A stretch of DNA of 58,525 nucleotides from a virus (Duplodnaviria; Caudoviricetes). The DNA lies in the IMG/VR virus record IMGVR_UViG_3300021197_001797, positions 1 through 58,525 of that record. One strand, given 5' to 3'. The first letter of the stretch is position 1, and each line of letters starts with the position of its first letter. This document shows positions 25,071 through 33,509 of the stretch, piece by piece. Under the pieces are notes generated by a model. It worked only from the letters and a program-made list of their open reading frames with translations, had not been told where the DNA came from and did not search any database. Both the position numbers and the translations under genes were made by a program.

Positions 25071-25570
25071 TATCCTTAGATGAAATGGCCTCACTCGCAA
25101 GAGTTATGGCCGAGGCAGAAGACGCTGTCCGACAACAGGAAGCATCTTTGAAAGAAGCAAAAGAAAAGGCGCGACGATTGCGTGAAGAAACTATCCCTGC
25201 CGCAATGCAAGAGTTGGGGATAGATAAACTCGAGCTGAACACTGGAGAAAAAATAAGTGTCAGCCAAGAAGTTTATGCTTCAATACCTAATGAACACAGA
25301 GACGACGCATTCCGATGGCTGAACGACAATGGCTTTGGTGGTTTGATCAAAGTTGGAGTCTCTTCAAGCTACGGCAAAGGCGAACAGTCCAAGGCTATGG
25401 AGTTGTTCCAAGAACTTCAAGAGCGAGGTCTGAATGCAAAGTTCGATGAAGGTGTTCATCCGCAGACGCTCAAAGCATTTTTGAAAGAGCAAATCTCTAC
25501 TGGTGCTAATGTGCCATTAGATCTATTCGGTGCTCGTCCTGTTTGGACAGCTAAAATCAAAAAGTCATAG
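25067..25570 (+). CDS. Conserved phage replication-module protein
   Basis: N-terminal coiled coil, IP.AM.ELG, AF.WL..NG.G.LIK, VHPQTLKAF; start ATG 25067. Confidence 0.75.
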   Translation: MISLDEMASLARVMAEAEDAVRQQEASLKEAKEKARRLREETIPAAMQELGIDKLELNTGEKISVSQEVYASIPNEHRDDAFRWLNDNGFGGLIKVGVSSSYGKGEQSKAMELFQELQERGLNAKFDEGVHPQTLKAFLKEQISTGANVPLDLFGARPVWTAKIKKS

Positions 25571-25580
25571 GAGAAAAATC

Positions 25581-26351
25581 ATGGCTAAGAAAAATCAAGT
25601 AGCTAAAAAAGAATCAAATACAGAAGTCAGTTTCATGGAAGACATGTTAGAAGATGCAGGCATGGGGCTAGAAAACGCAGACAAAGACTCGTTTGCCATT
25701 CCATTCTTGACGGTGCTTCAAGGTCTTTCACCACAGCTAGAAAGCATTGACGGTGCAAAGCCTGGACTCATAATCAATACGATAACCGAGGAACTGCACA
25801 AGGAGGTCATGGTTGTGCCTTGCGCTTATCAACGCAGGTATTTGCGTTGGGCTCCACGTGAACTCGGTGGTGGCTATCGTGGAGATCATTCACCGATCGA
25901 AGTTGATTCAGGACAGCTGGCCGGAGTTAAACGTGATGACGATGGAGTCTTGACGATCGAAGGTGACGTATTAAAAGACACCCGAAATCATTTCTGCATG
26001 GTGCAGAGTGAATCAGGCGGTTGGCAACCTTGTTTGTTGTCTCTTTCTTCAACACAAATCAAAAAGTCCAAACGATGGATGTCTTTGATACAAGGTGTTG
26101 AAAGCAGAACTCCAGCAGGCAAGGTGTTCACACCACCCTCGTTTGCTAACATCTACAAGCTGTCAACGTTAAAAGAAGAAAACTCAAAAGGATCTTGGTG
26201 GGGTGTTAAGATAGAACTTGATGGCCCAGTCGCTGAACAAGAACTTTATCAAAAAGCTCGTGACTTTTCCAAACAAGTCATGGCCGGAGAAGTTCAAGTT
26301 TCAGAACCGATAGAAGAAACTCCTGAGAAAACTTTTGAACCACCGTTCTAG
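25581..26351 (+). CDS. Putative single-stranded DNA-binding protein
   Basis: IPFL.VLQ.LSPQ, STQIKKSKRW, N.KG.W; acidic tail ending EPPF; AGGAG SD. Confidence 0.6.
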   Translation: MAKKNQVAKKESNTEVSFMEDMLEDAGMGLENADKDSFAIPFLTVLQGLSPQLESIDGAKPGLIINTITEELHKEVMVVPCAYQRRYLRWAPRELGGGYRGDHSPIEVDSGQLAGVKRDDDGVLTIEGDVLKDTRNHFCMVQSESGGWQPCLLSLSSTQIKKSKRWMSLIQGVESRTPAGKVFTPPSFANIYKLSTLKEENSKGSWWGVKIELDGPVAEQELYQKARDFSKQVMAGEVQVSEPIEETPEKTFEPPF

Positions 26352-26365
26352 GTTTTTGTCGAACA

Positions 26366-26389
26366 TGGGTCTGTCACTCGGCAGACCCA
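26366..26389 (+). promoter_or_regulatory. Stable hairpin just upstream of the primase RBS
   Basis: TGGGTCTGTC-ACTC-GGCAGACCCA, no U tract; SD AGGAG at 26394 and TTG start at 26406. Confidence 0.5.
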
Positions 26390-26405
26390 AAGCAGGAGAA
26401 GTAGT

Positions 26406-28565
26406 TTGGAAAAAATTCACAAAGCTGCAATAACTTATGCCAACATGGGTTGGATGATCTTCCCTCTCCATTCAATAGATAAAGATGGCATATGTACTTG
26501 CGGCAATGCAACTTGCAGTGATGCAGGCAAGCACCCCAGAGTTCAACGAGGGTTGAAAGAAGCATCAAGAGACTTGGAGCAAATAGACAAATGGTTTGGG
26601 CCAGACGCTCCATTGAGCAACATAGGCATAGTCACAGGCGAAATATCCGGCATCACCGTTATTGATATAGATATAGGCGAAGGTAAGTTTGGTGCAGAGT
26701 CATGGCAAGAGGCTATAAAGGATCATGGAGAACCAAACACCCTAATGGCGCAAACAGGGTCAGGAGGCATGCACGTAATATTTAAGTACAACTCTGCCAT
26801 CAAGACTGCTAGCAATGTTCTAGGCAAAGGCGTAGACTCTCGCAACGATGGCGGTTACATAGTTGGTGCTCCTAGCTTGCATCGTTCTGGTGGAGTTTAC
26901 GATTGGATCAACTGGGACAATGAAATAGCCTCTTTGCCTTCACATCTTTCAAGAAGAAAAGAAAATAGAGGCAGACCAAAAAAAGACGACATGTATCGAG
27001 GCAAATATACTATCGAACAAATAACAGCAATGCTTGAAGTCATACCTGCTGATGATCGAGACTTGTGGCGGTCCATTGGTATCATTTTGGGCAGAGAGTT
27101 TGATCGTGTGGATGAAGCTTGGTTAGCTTATCAACAATGGTCTGAAAAGTTCGACGGTAAAAAAGGACGCAACCACGACACAATAATGCATGAGGCTTTT
27201 TACGAACTGTCTCAACAAAACTCTGACAAACAATTAACTGTCGGAACAATAGTCAAAGCTGCATTGGACAATGGTTGGGCTCCTAAGAGCGGTGAAGTGC
27301 CTCTCGGCAATTTCATTTTCTATGGTCCAGGAAACAATTACATTTACCGTCCAACTAATAGCTTTTGGATTGGTGCTGCAGTCGACAGTGCTGTTTCGCC
27401 TGTCAATGACAGTGGGGCGTTGATGAAAGCTTCTGACTGGGTACGCAAGAATGTCCTCGTAACTTCTATGACTTCTGATCCGAGCGTTGATGAAGATCAC
27501 ATGAAAGGATATGATTGTAGAGACGGTGAGATTGTCAAATCTCCTGGTGCTGCATTGTTCAATGCTTACCGACGACCGACGATCGAGTTAGGTGTTCCGA
27601 AGATGGCCAAGCCATTCATCGATCACGTGCACAAGGTGTTCGACAAAGATGGAGACGCTGATCAGTTTTTAAACTACATAGCTCATCGCGTTCAAAAGCC
27701 ATGGGAGAAACCTAGATTTGCTTTGCTCATTGCTGGCGGTCAAGGCGTAGGCAAAGACACTGCCGTAGAGTTTTGCTCTCCAGCCATTGGTCCATGGAAT
27801 GTTTCAAACATAGACCCAAGTGCATTTGAACAAGGTTTCAATGAATATGCTTCGTCAACTCTCGTAAGAATATCTGAAGCTGCAAACCTACACGAAATGT
27901 CTAAGTGGGCGTTCAATGAAAGAACTAAAGTGCTCATAGCTGGCTCTCCGGACACGTGTCAAATCAATCCAAAGTATGGACAGAAGTATTCTGTGCGGAT
28001 GTATTGCGGGGTCATCATAACGACCAATCATTTGGCCAATGGCATCTACATTCCTGAAGACGATCGACGCTATGACGTAATTGATTGCGCTACAATGCAA
28101 GACATGGGTCTTGCTCATGAAGACAAACGACGAGACTATTTCACTGAGCTTTGGGATTGGTTTTACGATGATGGCGCGAGTCACATTGCAGCTTACCTTC
28201 ATGAACATGACATCTCTAAATTTAATGCTTCCAACGGTCAACGAAAGACGGACGCACACAAGACAGTCGTCGCTGGGGGAATGCATGGAGACCAATGGCT
28301 GGACGACATCCTTGACGATATGAGCTACCCCAAAGCTGTGCGATCGGATTGGGTCATCACCAAAGCAATAGCCAATGGAGAAAAAGAAGGTGATGTTAAA
28401 AGAAAATTAGTTAACTCAATGGGAAGGAGTGGATACGCAATGCATCGTTCTGAACGCAAGGACGGTAGATGGAAGATAAACTCTAAGATAGCTACTGTCT
28501 ATACTAAAGTAGGCACAGACAAGTCTTATGATCCAACAGAGGAATTGAGCAATGAACCGTTCTAG
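26406..28565 (+). CDS. Bifunctional primase-polymerase (Prim-Pol) + PriCT-2 + SF3/DUF5906-type helicase
   Basis: CTCG...C...GKHP, NIGIVTG, IDID, TGSGGMH, GGYIV.APSLH.SG; Walker A GGQGVGKD; ITTN; DDRRY. Confidence 0.92.
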   Translation: MEKIHKAAITYANMGWMIFPLHSIDKDGICTCGNATCSDAGKHPRVQRGLKEASRDLEQIDKWFGPDAPLSNIGIVTGEISGITVIDIDIGEGKFGAESWQEAIKDHGEPNTLMAQTGSGGMHVIFKYNSAIKTASNVLGKGVDSRNDGGYIVGAPSLHRSGGVYDWINWDNEIASLPSHLSRRKENRGRPKKDDMYRGKYTIEQITAMLEVIPADDRDLWRSIGIILGREFDRVDEAWLAYQQWSEKFDGKKGRNHDTIMHEAFYELSQQNSDKQLTVGTIVKAALDNGWAPKSGEVPLGNFIFYGPGNNYIYRPTNSFWIGAAVDSAVSPVNDSGALMKASDWVRKNVLVTSMTSDPSVDEDHMKGYDCRDGEIVKSPGAALFNAYRRPTIELGVPKMAKPFIDHVHKVFDKDGDADQFLNYIAHRVQKPWEKPRFALLIAGGQGVGKDTAVEFCSPAIGPWNVSNIDPSAFEQGFNEYASSTLVRISEAANLHEMSKWAFNERTKVLIAGSPDTCQINPKYGQKYSVRMYCGVIITTNHLANGIYIPEDDRRYDVIDCATMQDMGLAHEDKRRDYFTELWDWFYDDGASHIAAYLHEHDISKFNASNGQRKTDAHKTVVAGGMHGDQWLDDILDDMSYPKAVRSDWVITKAIANGEKEGDVKRKLVNSMGRSGYAMHRSERKDGRWKINSKIATVYTKVGTDKSYDPTEELSNEPF

Positions 28566-28938
28566 TACATTTGATCCTTTTGATCCCAACAACAGAGACA
28601 AAAGAAAAAGACGCACCAAGGCGCAAGTTGTAGCAGATCAATTAGCTTGGGAGTCGTCATTAGACAATGCCTTCAAGACTGTTTTGCAAGAACAACATTG
28701 GCCTAAGATTGTTCAAGGTGATTTGCTCTTGGAAGACTCTGCAGGCTATCACGATAACTATTATGCCCTGAGAAGAAACATCAGCTCCTGCATGCAACGT
28801 CTTGGCTATGAACTGGTGCAGAACCCTAACTCAAAAGACGGCAGGTGGAAGGCATTCTCAAAGAGTGTTTCTGTTTACAAAAAAATAGGGTCGCAAGGTT
28901 GGTGCCTCACGACCCTGAAGAAAGAATTAGATTGGTAG
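28552..28938 (+). CDS. Protein paralogous to the primase-helicase C-terminal domain
   Basis: MQRLGY..KDGRWK..SK...VY.K.G matches MGRSGY..KDGRWK..SK...VY.K.G of the upstream gene. Confidence 0.75.
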   Translation: MNRSSTFDPFDPNNRDKRKRRTKAQVVADQLAWESSLDNAFKTVLQEQHWPKIVQGDLLLEDSAGYHDNYYALRRNISSCMQRLGYELVQNPNSKDGRWKAFSKSVSVYKKIGSQGWCLTTLKKELDW

Positions 28939-28939
28939 C

Positions 28940-29143
28940 TTAAAACATTTCATCAACGTAGGTCACCTCTATTTCATGGTCGTAAATATGTTCTGGATCG
29001 TTCTTTACCAATTGAAGCAACTCCTTCAATGTGATCGTGTCAGTGAAATAATCCTCTGCTTCAGAACGTGTTTTTGCAAACTTTGCAACTTGAATTTTTA
29101 ACGTAACATCTACGCCAACTTGAAAATACTTTGCGACTCTCAT
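28940..29143 (-). CDS. Hypothetical protein
   Basis: TGATG overlap with upstream gene; GAGGAG SD. Confidence 0.65.
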   Translation of the reverse strand: MRVAKYFQVGVDVTLKIQVAKFAKTRSEAEDYFTDTITLKELLQLVKNDPEHIYDHEIEVTYVDEMF

Positions 29144-29625
29144 CAGCTTTCTCCTCTGGGGTTTTTGATTCGGTAAATCATGTCAACTCTGCATGCACGA
29201 CCTTTGGTCCAGTCATGGTTGACGCCGTCAACTACAGCACCCATGTGCTGTCTGGTGTGAAGCAAATAGTTGTGGCCGTCTTTCCATACGTTAGGGAAAC
29301 GATCCATGTGGTGGGTTGTGACGTTCTTCAACTTGTCACAGTGACCTTTGGGGTACTGCTTGATGAAATCGCTTGGCCTGACTATCTCGGTTTCAACGCC
29401 TAACTCTTTCAGTGCTTTTGTCCACTGGTAGCCCCATGTGCCTTTGCCGTTCTTGCGACCTTGCTCGGCTAAAGCCTCGTGAACTTCTGGATAAGGAATG
29501 TTGCAAGCTAATGAGATGGCCATCACAACACAGTCGTTGTTCTCGTTCCACATGGCCCGTGACTCGCGTCTCATGTCTCCGTAGACGGCAGTCTGGCGAC
29601 GATCTTCTCTGTTAATTCTACCCAT
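29143..29625 (-). CDS. Papain-like / peptidase C39-like protein
   Basis: NDCVVMAISLA (Cys at helix start), HMGAVVDG..HDW (His, Asp). Confidence 0.55.
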   Translation of the reverse strand: MGRINREDRRQTAVYGDMRRESRAMWNENNDCVVMAISLACNIPYPEVHEALAEQGRKNGKGTWGYQWTKALKELGVETEIVRPSDFIKQYPKGHCDKLKNVTTHHMDRFPNVWKDGHNYLLHTRQHMGAVVDGVNHDWTKGRACRVDMIYRIKNPRGES

Positions 29626-29688
29626 TTTTCTTTCTCCGGTTCTAAGTTATGAAAGTACTATGCCTGAACATTACACATAAGGCAACAT
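29626..29688 (-). promoter_or_regulatory. Sigma70-type promoter with conserved AACTTAGAA leader (copy 3)
   Basis: TTGCCT (29685-29680), 17 bp, CATAGT (29662-29657); AACTTAGAA at 29648-29640, then GGAG SD. Confidence 0.78.
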
Positions 29689-29763
29689 AAAAGAACACAA
29701 AGAACGATAATAATTTTTCGACGAGGGACGATCGGCACGCCATTCGGTGCTTATTTGCGCCCG

Positions 29764-29869
29764 CTAAACTTGATAAAACTACGTTGAAAAAATAATTAAT
29801 ATAATATCAAAAAGTGCTAGAAAACATATTAATTTAATTTATATTTTACTTTAGGTTTACCAAGTTTAG
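29764..29869. repeat. Nested inverted repeats around an AT-rich core (candidate origin or packaging site)
   Basis: 29764-29780 vs 29853-29869 match 15/17 as an inverted repeat; 29794-29802 vs 29826-29834 match 9/9. Confidence 0.55.
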
Positions 29870-29888
29870 AGGGCTGTTAAGTTTTAAC

Positions 29889-29917
29889 TTGCCTAACTCG
29901 ACCACATGATCGATAAT
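29889..29917 (+). promoter_or_regulatory. Promoter for the packaging operon
   Basis: TTGCCT (29889-29894), 17 bp, GATAAT (29912-29917). Confidence 0.65.
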
Positions 29918-29944
29918 ATGAAAAACAACAGCGATGAGTGCGCG

Positions 29945-30433
29945 ATGAAAACTTATGCAGACAAAGAGAAAGACAAGCTGATCGACAAAGTCTGTGACAT
30001 GATGTCTACGGGCGTGCCTTGTGGTAAGTCCTGCGAGAAGATTGGAGTTCCTAAGTCTACATTCCTCGGCTGGACAAAGGCGGGAGGCCGTGCCGCCGAC
30101 CGGTACGCGCTCGCTCGCGAGGAAATGATCCATTCATTGGCTGAAGATGTGTTGCTGATAGCTGACAAAGACCCTGTGTCAGTCATTGACAACAACGGCA
30201 TAGCAAGGTACGACTCTGCTGCAGTACAGCATCAGCGATTGCGAGTCGACTCTCGTAAGTGGTTGCTCTCCAAGATGATGCCCAAGGTGTATGGCGACAA
30301 GGTCGCACAGGAACACTCTGGTGTCGACGGTGGGCCGATCAACATTGCGTCTCTCAATCTTAAGAACTTGACGGATGAAGAGCTCAGCAACATGGAACAG
30401 CTCATCGAAAAAGGGAACACTGAAGAGCAATGA
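29945..30433 (+). CDS. terS: Terminase small subunit (Sf6/P22-like)
   Basis: N-terminal HTH, RYALARE, RLRVDSRKWLLSKMMPKVYGDK; start moved downstream of the promoter (uncertain). Confidence 0.9.
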   Translation: MKTYADKEKDKLIDKVCDMMSTGVPCGKSCEKIGVPKSTFLGWTKAGGRAADRYALAREEMIHSLAEDVLLIADKDPVSVIDNNGIARYDSAAVQHQRLRVDSRKWLLSKMMPKVYGDKVAQEHSGVDGGPINIASLNLKNLTDEELSNMEQLIEKGNTEEQ

Positions 30434-31995
30434 ACGAGATGTCACCTGCGTTCGTCTCGCAAGCCATCCAGAAAGAGAAACAAAGGCGTCGTGCGTCTGC
30501 ATCGTTGTACGAGTTCGTTAAGCAGTCGTGGCACGTCGTTGAGCCATCGGCGAAGTTCATAGGCTCATGGCACATCGAAGAGATATGCGAACATCTTGAA
30601 GCGATCAGCACAGGCGACATTAAGAAGTTATTAATCAACATACCACCGAGACATAGTAAGTCGACGATCGTTAGCGTCATGTGGCCTATGTGGGAGTGGT
30701 TGACAGACCCAGCGCAGAAGTTCCTGTGTGCAAGTTACTCCGGCAACCTAAGCATACGTGACAACCTGAAAGCTAGACGACTCATACAATCACCTTGGTA
30801 TCAAGAGCGATGGGGTCAGATGTTTAAGTTGTCCGGAGACCAGAACGCAAAGCAACGATTTGAGAACGACAAGACAGGCTACAGGATAGCGACATCGGTT
30901 GGCGGTACAGCGACAGGTGAAGGTGGATCGAGATTGATCCTCGATGATCCGCATGCTGCACAAGAGGCACAGTCGGACGCCATACGTGAGTCTGCGGTTG
31001 AATGGTTCGATCAAGTATGGTCGACACGTCTCAATGACCCTAAGAATGATGCGATGGTCACGGTCATGCAACGTCTCCATGAGATGGACATAAGTGGACA
31101 CATCTTAGACATAGGCGGTTGGGAACATCTAATGATCCCAGCGGAATGGGACGGTTATAAACGTAAGACAAAGCTAGGATCATACGACCCAAGGACAACC
31201 AAAGGAGAGCTCATCTGTGCTGATCGTTTTGGGCCTAAGGAAGTGGCTGACCTGAAGCGGTTGCTTGGTGTCTATGGCTCTGCTGGACAGCTACAACAGG
31301 ATCCCAACCCTGCCGACGGTGGAATATTAAAAACTAGCTTTCTGGCGATGTGGCCTCAAGAATCTGGGCTACCCCCATTTGAATATATTCTGCAGTCCTA
31401 TGATTGCGCCTTCACGGAGAAGACCACAGGAGACCCAACTGCGTGCAGTGTTTGGGGAATCTTTACGCACGAAGGACAAAAGAATGCTATGTTAATAGAT
31501 GCTTGGGACAAACATTTAAGTTACCCTGACCTTAGAGAAAAAGCAGTTTCAGATTGGGCAAAAGAATACGGTGGTTTATCAAAAGAAAATCCATACAGCA
31601 AGGCAAGAAGACCGGACAGGATTCTTGTCGAGGCAAAAGCAAGTGGTCAATCTTTATTGCAAGACTTAAGATTAGCTAAAGTTCCGGCCATAGGGTATAA
31701 TCCAGGAAACGCAGACAAGATAAGCAGAGCACATCAAGCTGCACCAACTTTAGAATTAGGGTTGATTTGGGTGCCAGAGAGCAAAAAGAATCCTGGTCAT
31801 TTCGTTTCATGGTCTAACGATTTCGTAAAACAGCTTGCTAAATTTCCAGTAGCACCGCATGATGATTACGTAGATACTTTTACGCAAGCTATTATATATT
31901 TCAAAAACGACCACTGGTTTGATTTGCCGCAAGCAAGAGATCCTGATGAAAGAAAAGTTATACCGTTCCCGAATGTTAACCCATATGCTGCTTAG
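30430..31995 (+). CDS. terL: Terminase large subunit
   Basis: INIPPRHSKS, LILDDPH, VMQRLH, QSYDCA, VEAKASG, HDDYVDT. Confidence 0.96.
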   Translation: MNEMSPAFVSQAIQKEKQRRRASASLYEFVKQSWHVVEPSAKFIGSWHIEEICEHLEAISTGDIKKLLINIPPRHSKSTIVSVMWPMWEWLTDPAQKFLCASYSGNLSIRDNLKARRLIQSPWYQERWGQMFKLSGDQNAKQRFENDKTGYRIATSVGGTATGEGGSRLILDDPHAAQEAQSDAIRESAVEWFDQVWSTRLNDPKNDAMVTVMQRLHEMDISGHILDIGGWEHLMIPAEWDGYKRKTKLGSYDPRTTKGELICADRFGPKEVADLKRLLGVYGSAGQLQQDPNPADGGILKTSFLAMWPQESGLPPFEYILQSYDCAFTEKTTGDPTACSVWGIFTHEGQKNAMLIDAWDKHLSYPDLREKAVSDWAKEYGGLSKENPYSKARRPDRILVEAKASGQSLLQDLRLAKVPAIGYNPGNADKISRAHQAAPTLELGLIWVPESKKNPGHFVSWSNDFVKQLAKFPVAPHDDYVDTFTQAIIYFKNDHWFDLPQARDPDERKVIPFPNVNPYAA

Positions 31996-32003
31996 GATTT
32001 GAT

Positions 32004-33509
32004 ATGGCTATTACCTATGAAGAAGCGATAGCACTAGACCCCAACACGGGTCAAGTCAATATGGATTTGTTTCAGCAATATGCAGACCAACAAAAAACAA
32101 ATTTAGCAAACATGAGGGCTAACCCTCCAACACTAAGCGCACCATTACAAACTTTACAAGCTAACCCAGAACTTTTCAATCAAGCCACATCATATGCTTC
32201 TTCACAAGGTGTGGCTCCAGGGGCAGACTTTCAGGCGAGAGTAGAAGACTTTGCTGTTCAGAGTCCTGAGAGACAATACTTGATGACCAATCCTGATGTG
32301 CTTGCACAGGCCACTACTGACTATCAAAACAGGTTTGGTAATTACTTACCAACTTCAGAATATGAAGAAGATTTTGCGAGACAGCATTATTATGGTACGC
32401 CATTCACTCCAGACTTTGGGATACAAGATAACCGATACGGTTTTGATATGGCGTTGCCGAATGTCAATTCTGGTTTGATGAACATTGCTAAAGTTTTAAC
32501 TAATGTAGAAGACAGAAACTATGTTGGTGATAATGCAGACGTGTCTAGGCCAACTTATATTTTTAACGAGGAGATATCCAATCCGAGTGCATTGAGTGAC
32601 GTGTATGGTGAAATAGGAAATGATTTCAAAACTAATTTGATTGGCAGTGGTGCAAGCGGTGGTATGAATGAAGACATGGCAGGCAATGACATGTCTAGAT
32701 TTTTGCGTAATGTGTTTGCCCCAAGCAACAACATGGGCGGTGCGTCTATGTTAGAAGATCTTGGAGGTTATTCAGAACTGTTAAGAGCTTACGATCTTCT
32801 TGGGGTTACTGGTGAAGGAAACAGTTATGCTGACAAACAAGTTAACAGTGTTTTAAATTTGTTAAACAATAGCGATTCATCTTTGAACATGGATGGCACG
32901 GGCGGTGCAGATGCAATGAGGGCAAATGTTGGAACAGCAGATATAGGAAATTTTTCTGTTGCCAATGCTGTGGATGCTTTTTCAAATGTGCCACCATTCA
33001 CGCCAACTGCGGCAGCATGGAAAGCAGCAAGAGTTATTGACAGCATGATGTACGACGGCATGAGTTTTCCTGAAGCATTAGATGATGCTATGGGTTTTTC
33101 TGGAGGAAATAAATATACCAATCCTCCTGTTGGGTTTGGTGATGAGTCAAATGAAACTGGAACGGTAGGACCAGGATTTAAAGAAGGTGGTTCCACATCT
33201 TTGAAAGAAAGTTTGCAAATCAACAAACCCAGAGCAACGCCAAGTCATCCTAAGAAGTCTCACGTAGTCAAGATCAATGACAACGGCCAAGAGCGTATGA
33301 TTCGGTTCGGTCAACAAGGAGCAAAAACAAACAGGAATGCAAAACAGCGCAAAGCATTCAAAGACCGCCATGCAAAGAACATAGCCAGAGGACAGACCTC
33401 TCCAGCATATTGGGCCAACAAGGTCAAGTGGAAAGCAGCAGAGGGTGGATTAGTTGAGTACGATCCTGCTAAAATTGCTGCATTGAAAGAGAGCATGATG
33501 GATGGCTAG
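32004..33509 (+). CDS. Modular hypothetical (probably virion-associated) protein
   Basis: YLMTNPDV..ARQHY module; C-terminal basic IRFGQQG..RKAFKDRH..AYWA domain bracketed by FKEGG and AAEGG. Confidence 0.6.
   Translation: MAITYEEAIALDPNTGQVNMDLFQQYADQQKTNLANMRANPPTLSAPLQTLQANPELFNQATSYASSQGVAPGADFQARVEDFAVQSPERQYLMTNPDVLAQATTDYQNRFGNYLPTSEYEEDFARQHYYGTPFTPDFGIQDNRYGFDMALPNVNSGLMNIAKVLTNVEDRNYVGDNADVSRPTYIFNEEISNPSALSDVYGEIGNDFKTNLIGSGASGGMNEDMAGNDMSRFLRNVFAPSNNMGGASMLEDLGGYSELLRAYDLLGVTGEGNSYADKQVNSVLNLLNNSDSSLNMDGTGGADAMRANVGTADIGNFSVANAVDAFSNVPPFTPTAAAWKAARVIDSMMYDGMSFPEALDDAMGFSGGNKYTNPPVGFGDESNETGTVGPGFKEGGSTSLKESLQINKPRATPSHPKKSHVVKINDNGQERMIRFGQQGAKTNRNAKQRKAFKDRHAKNIARGQTSPAYWANKVKWKAAEGGLVEYDPAKIAALKESMMDG

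Noticed and set aside
14410-29688. CRISPR-like array from the repeated leader
   Set aside because: Only three dispersed copies, each with promoter spacing and an RBS
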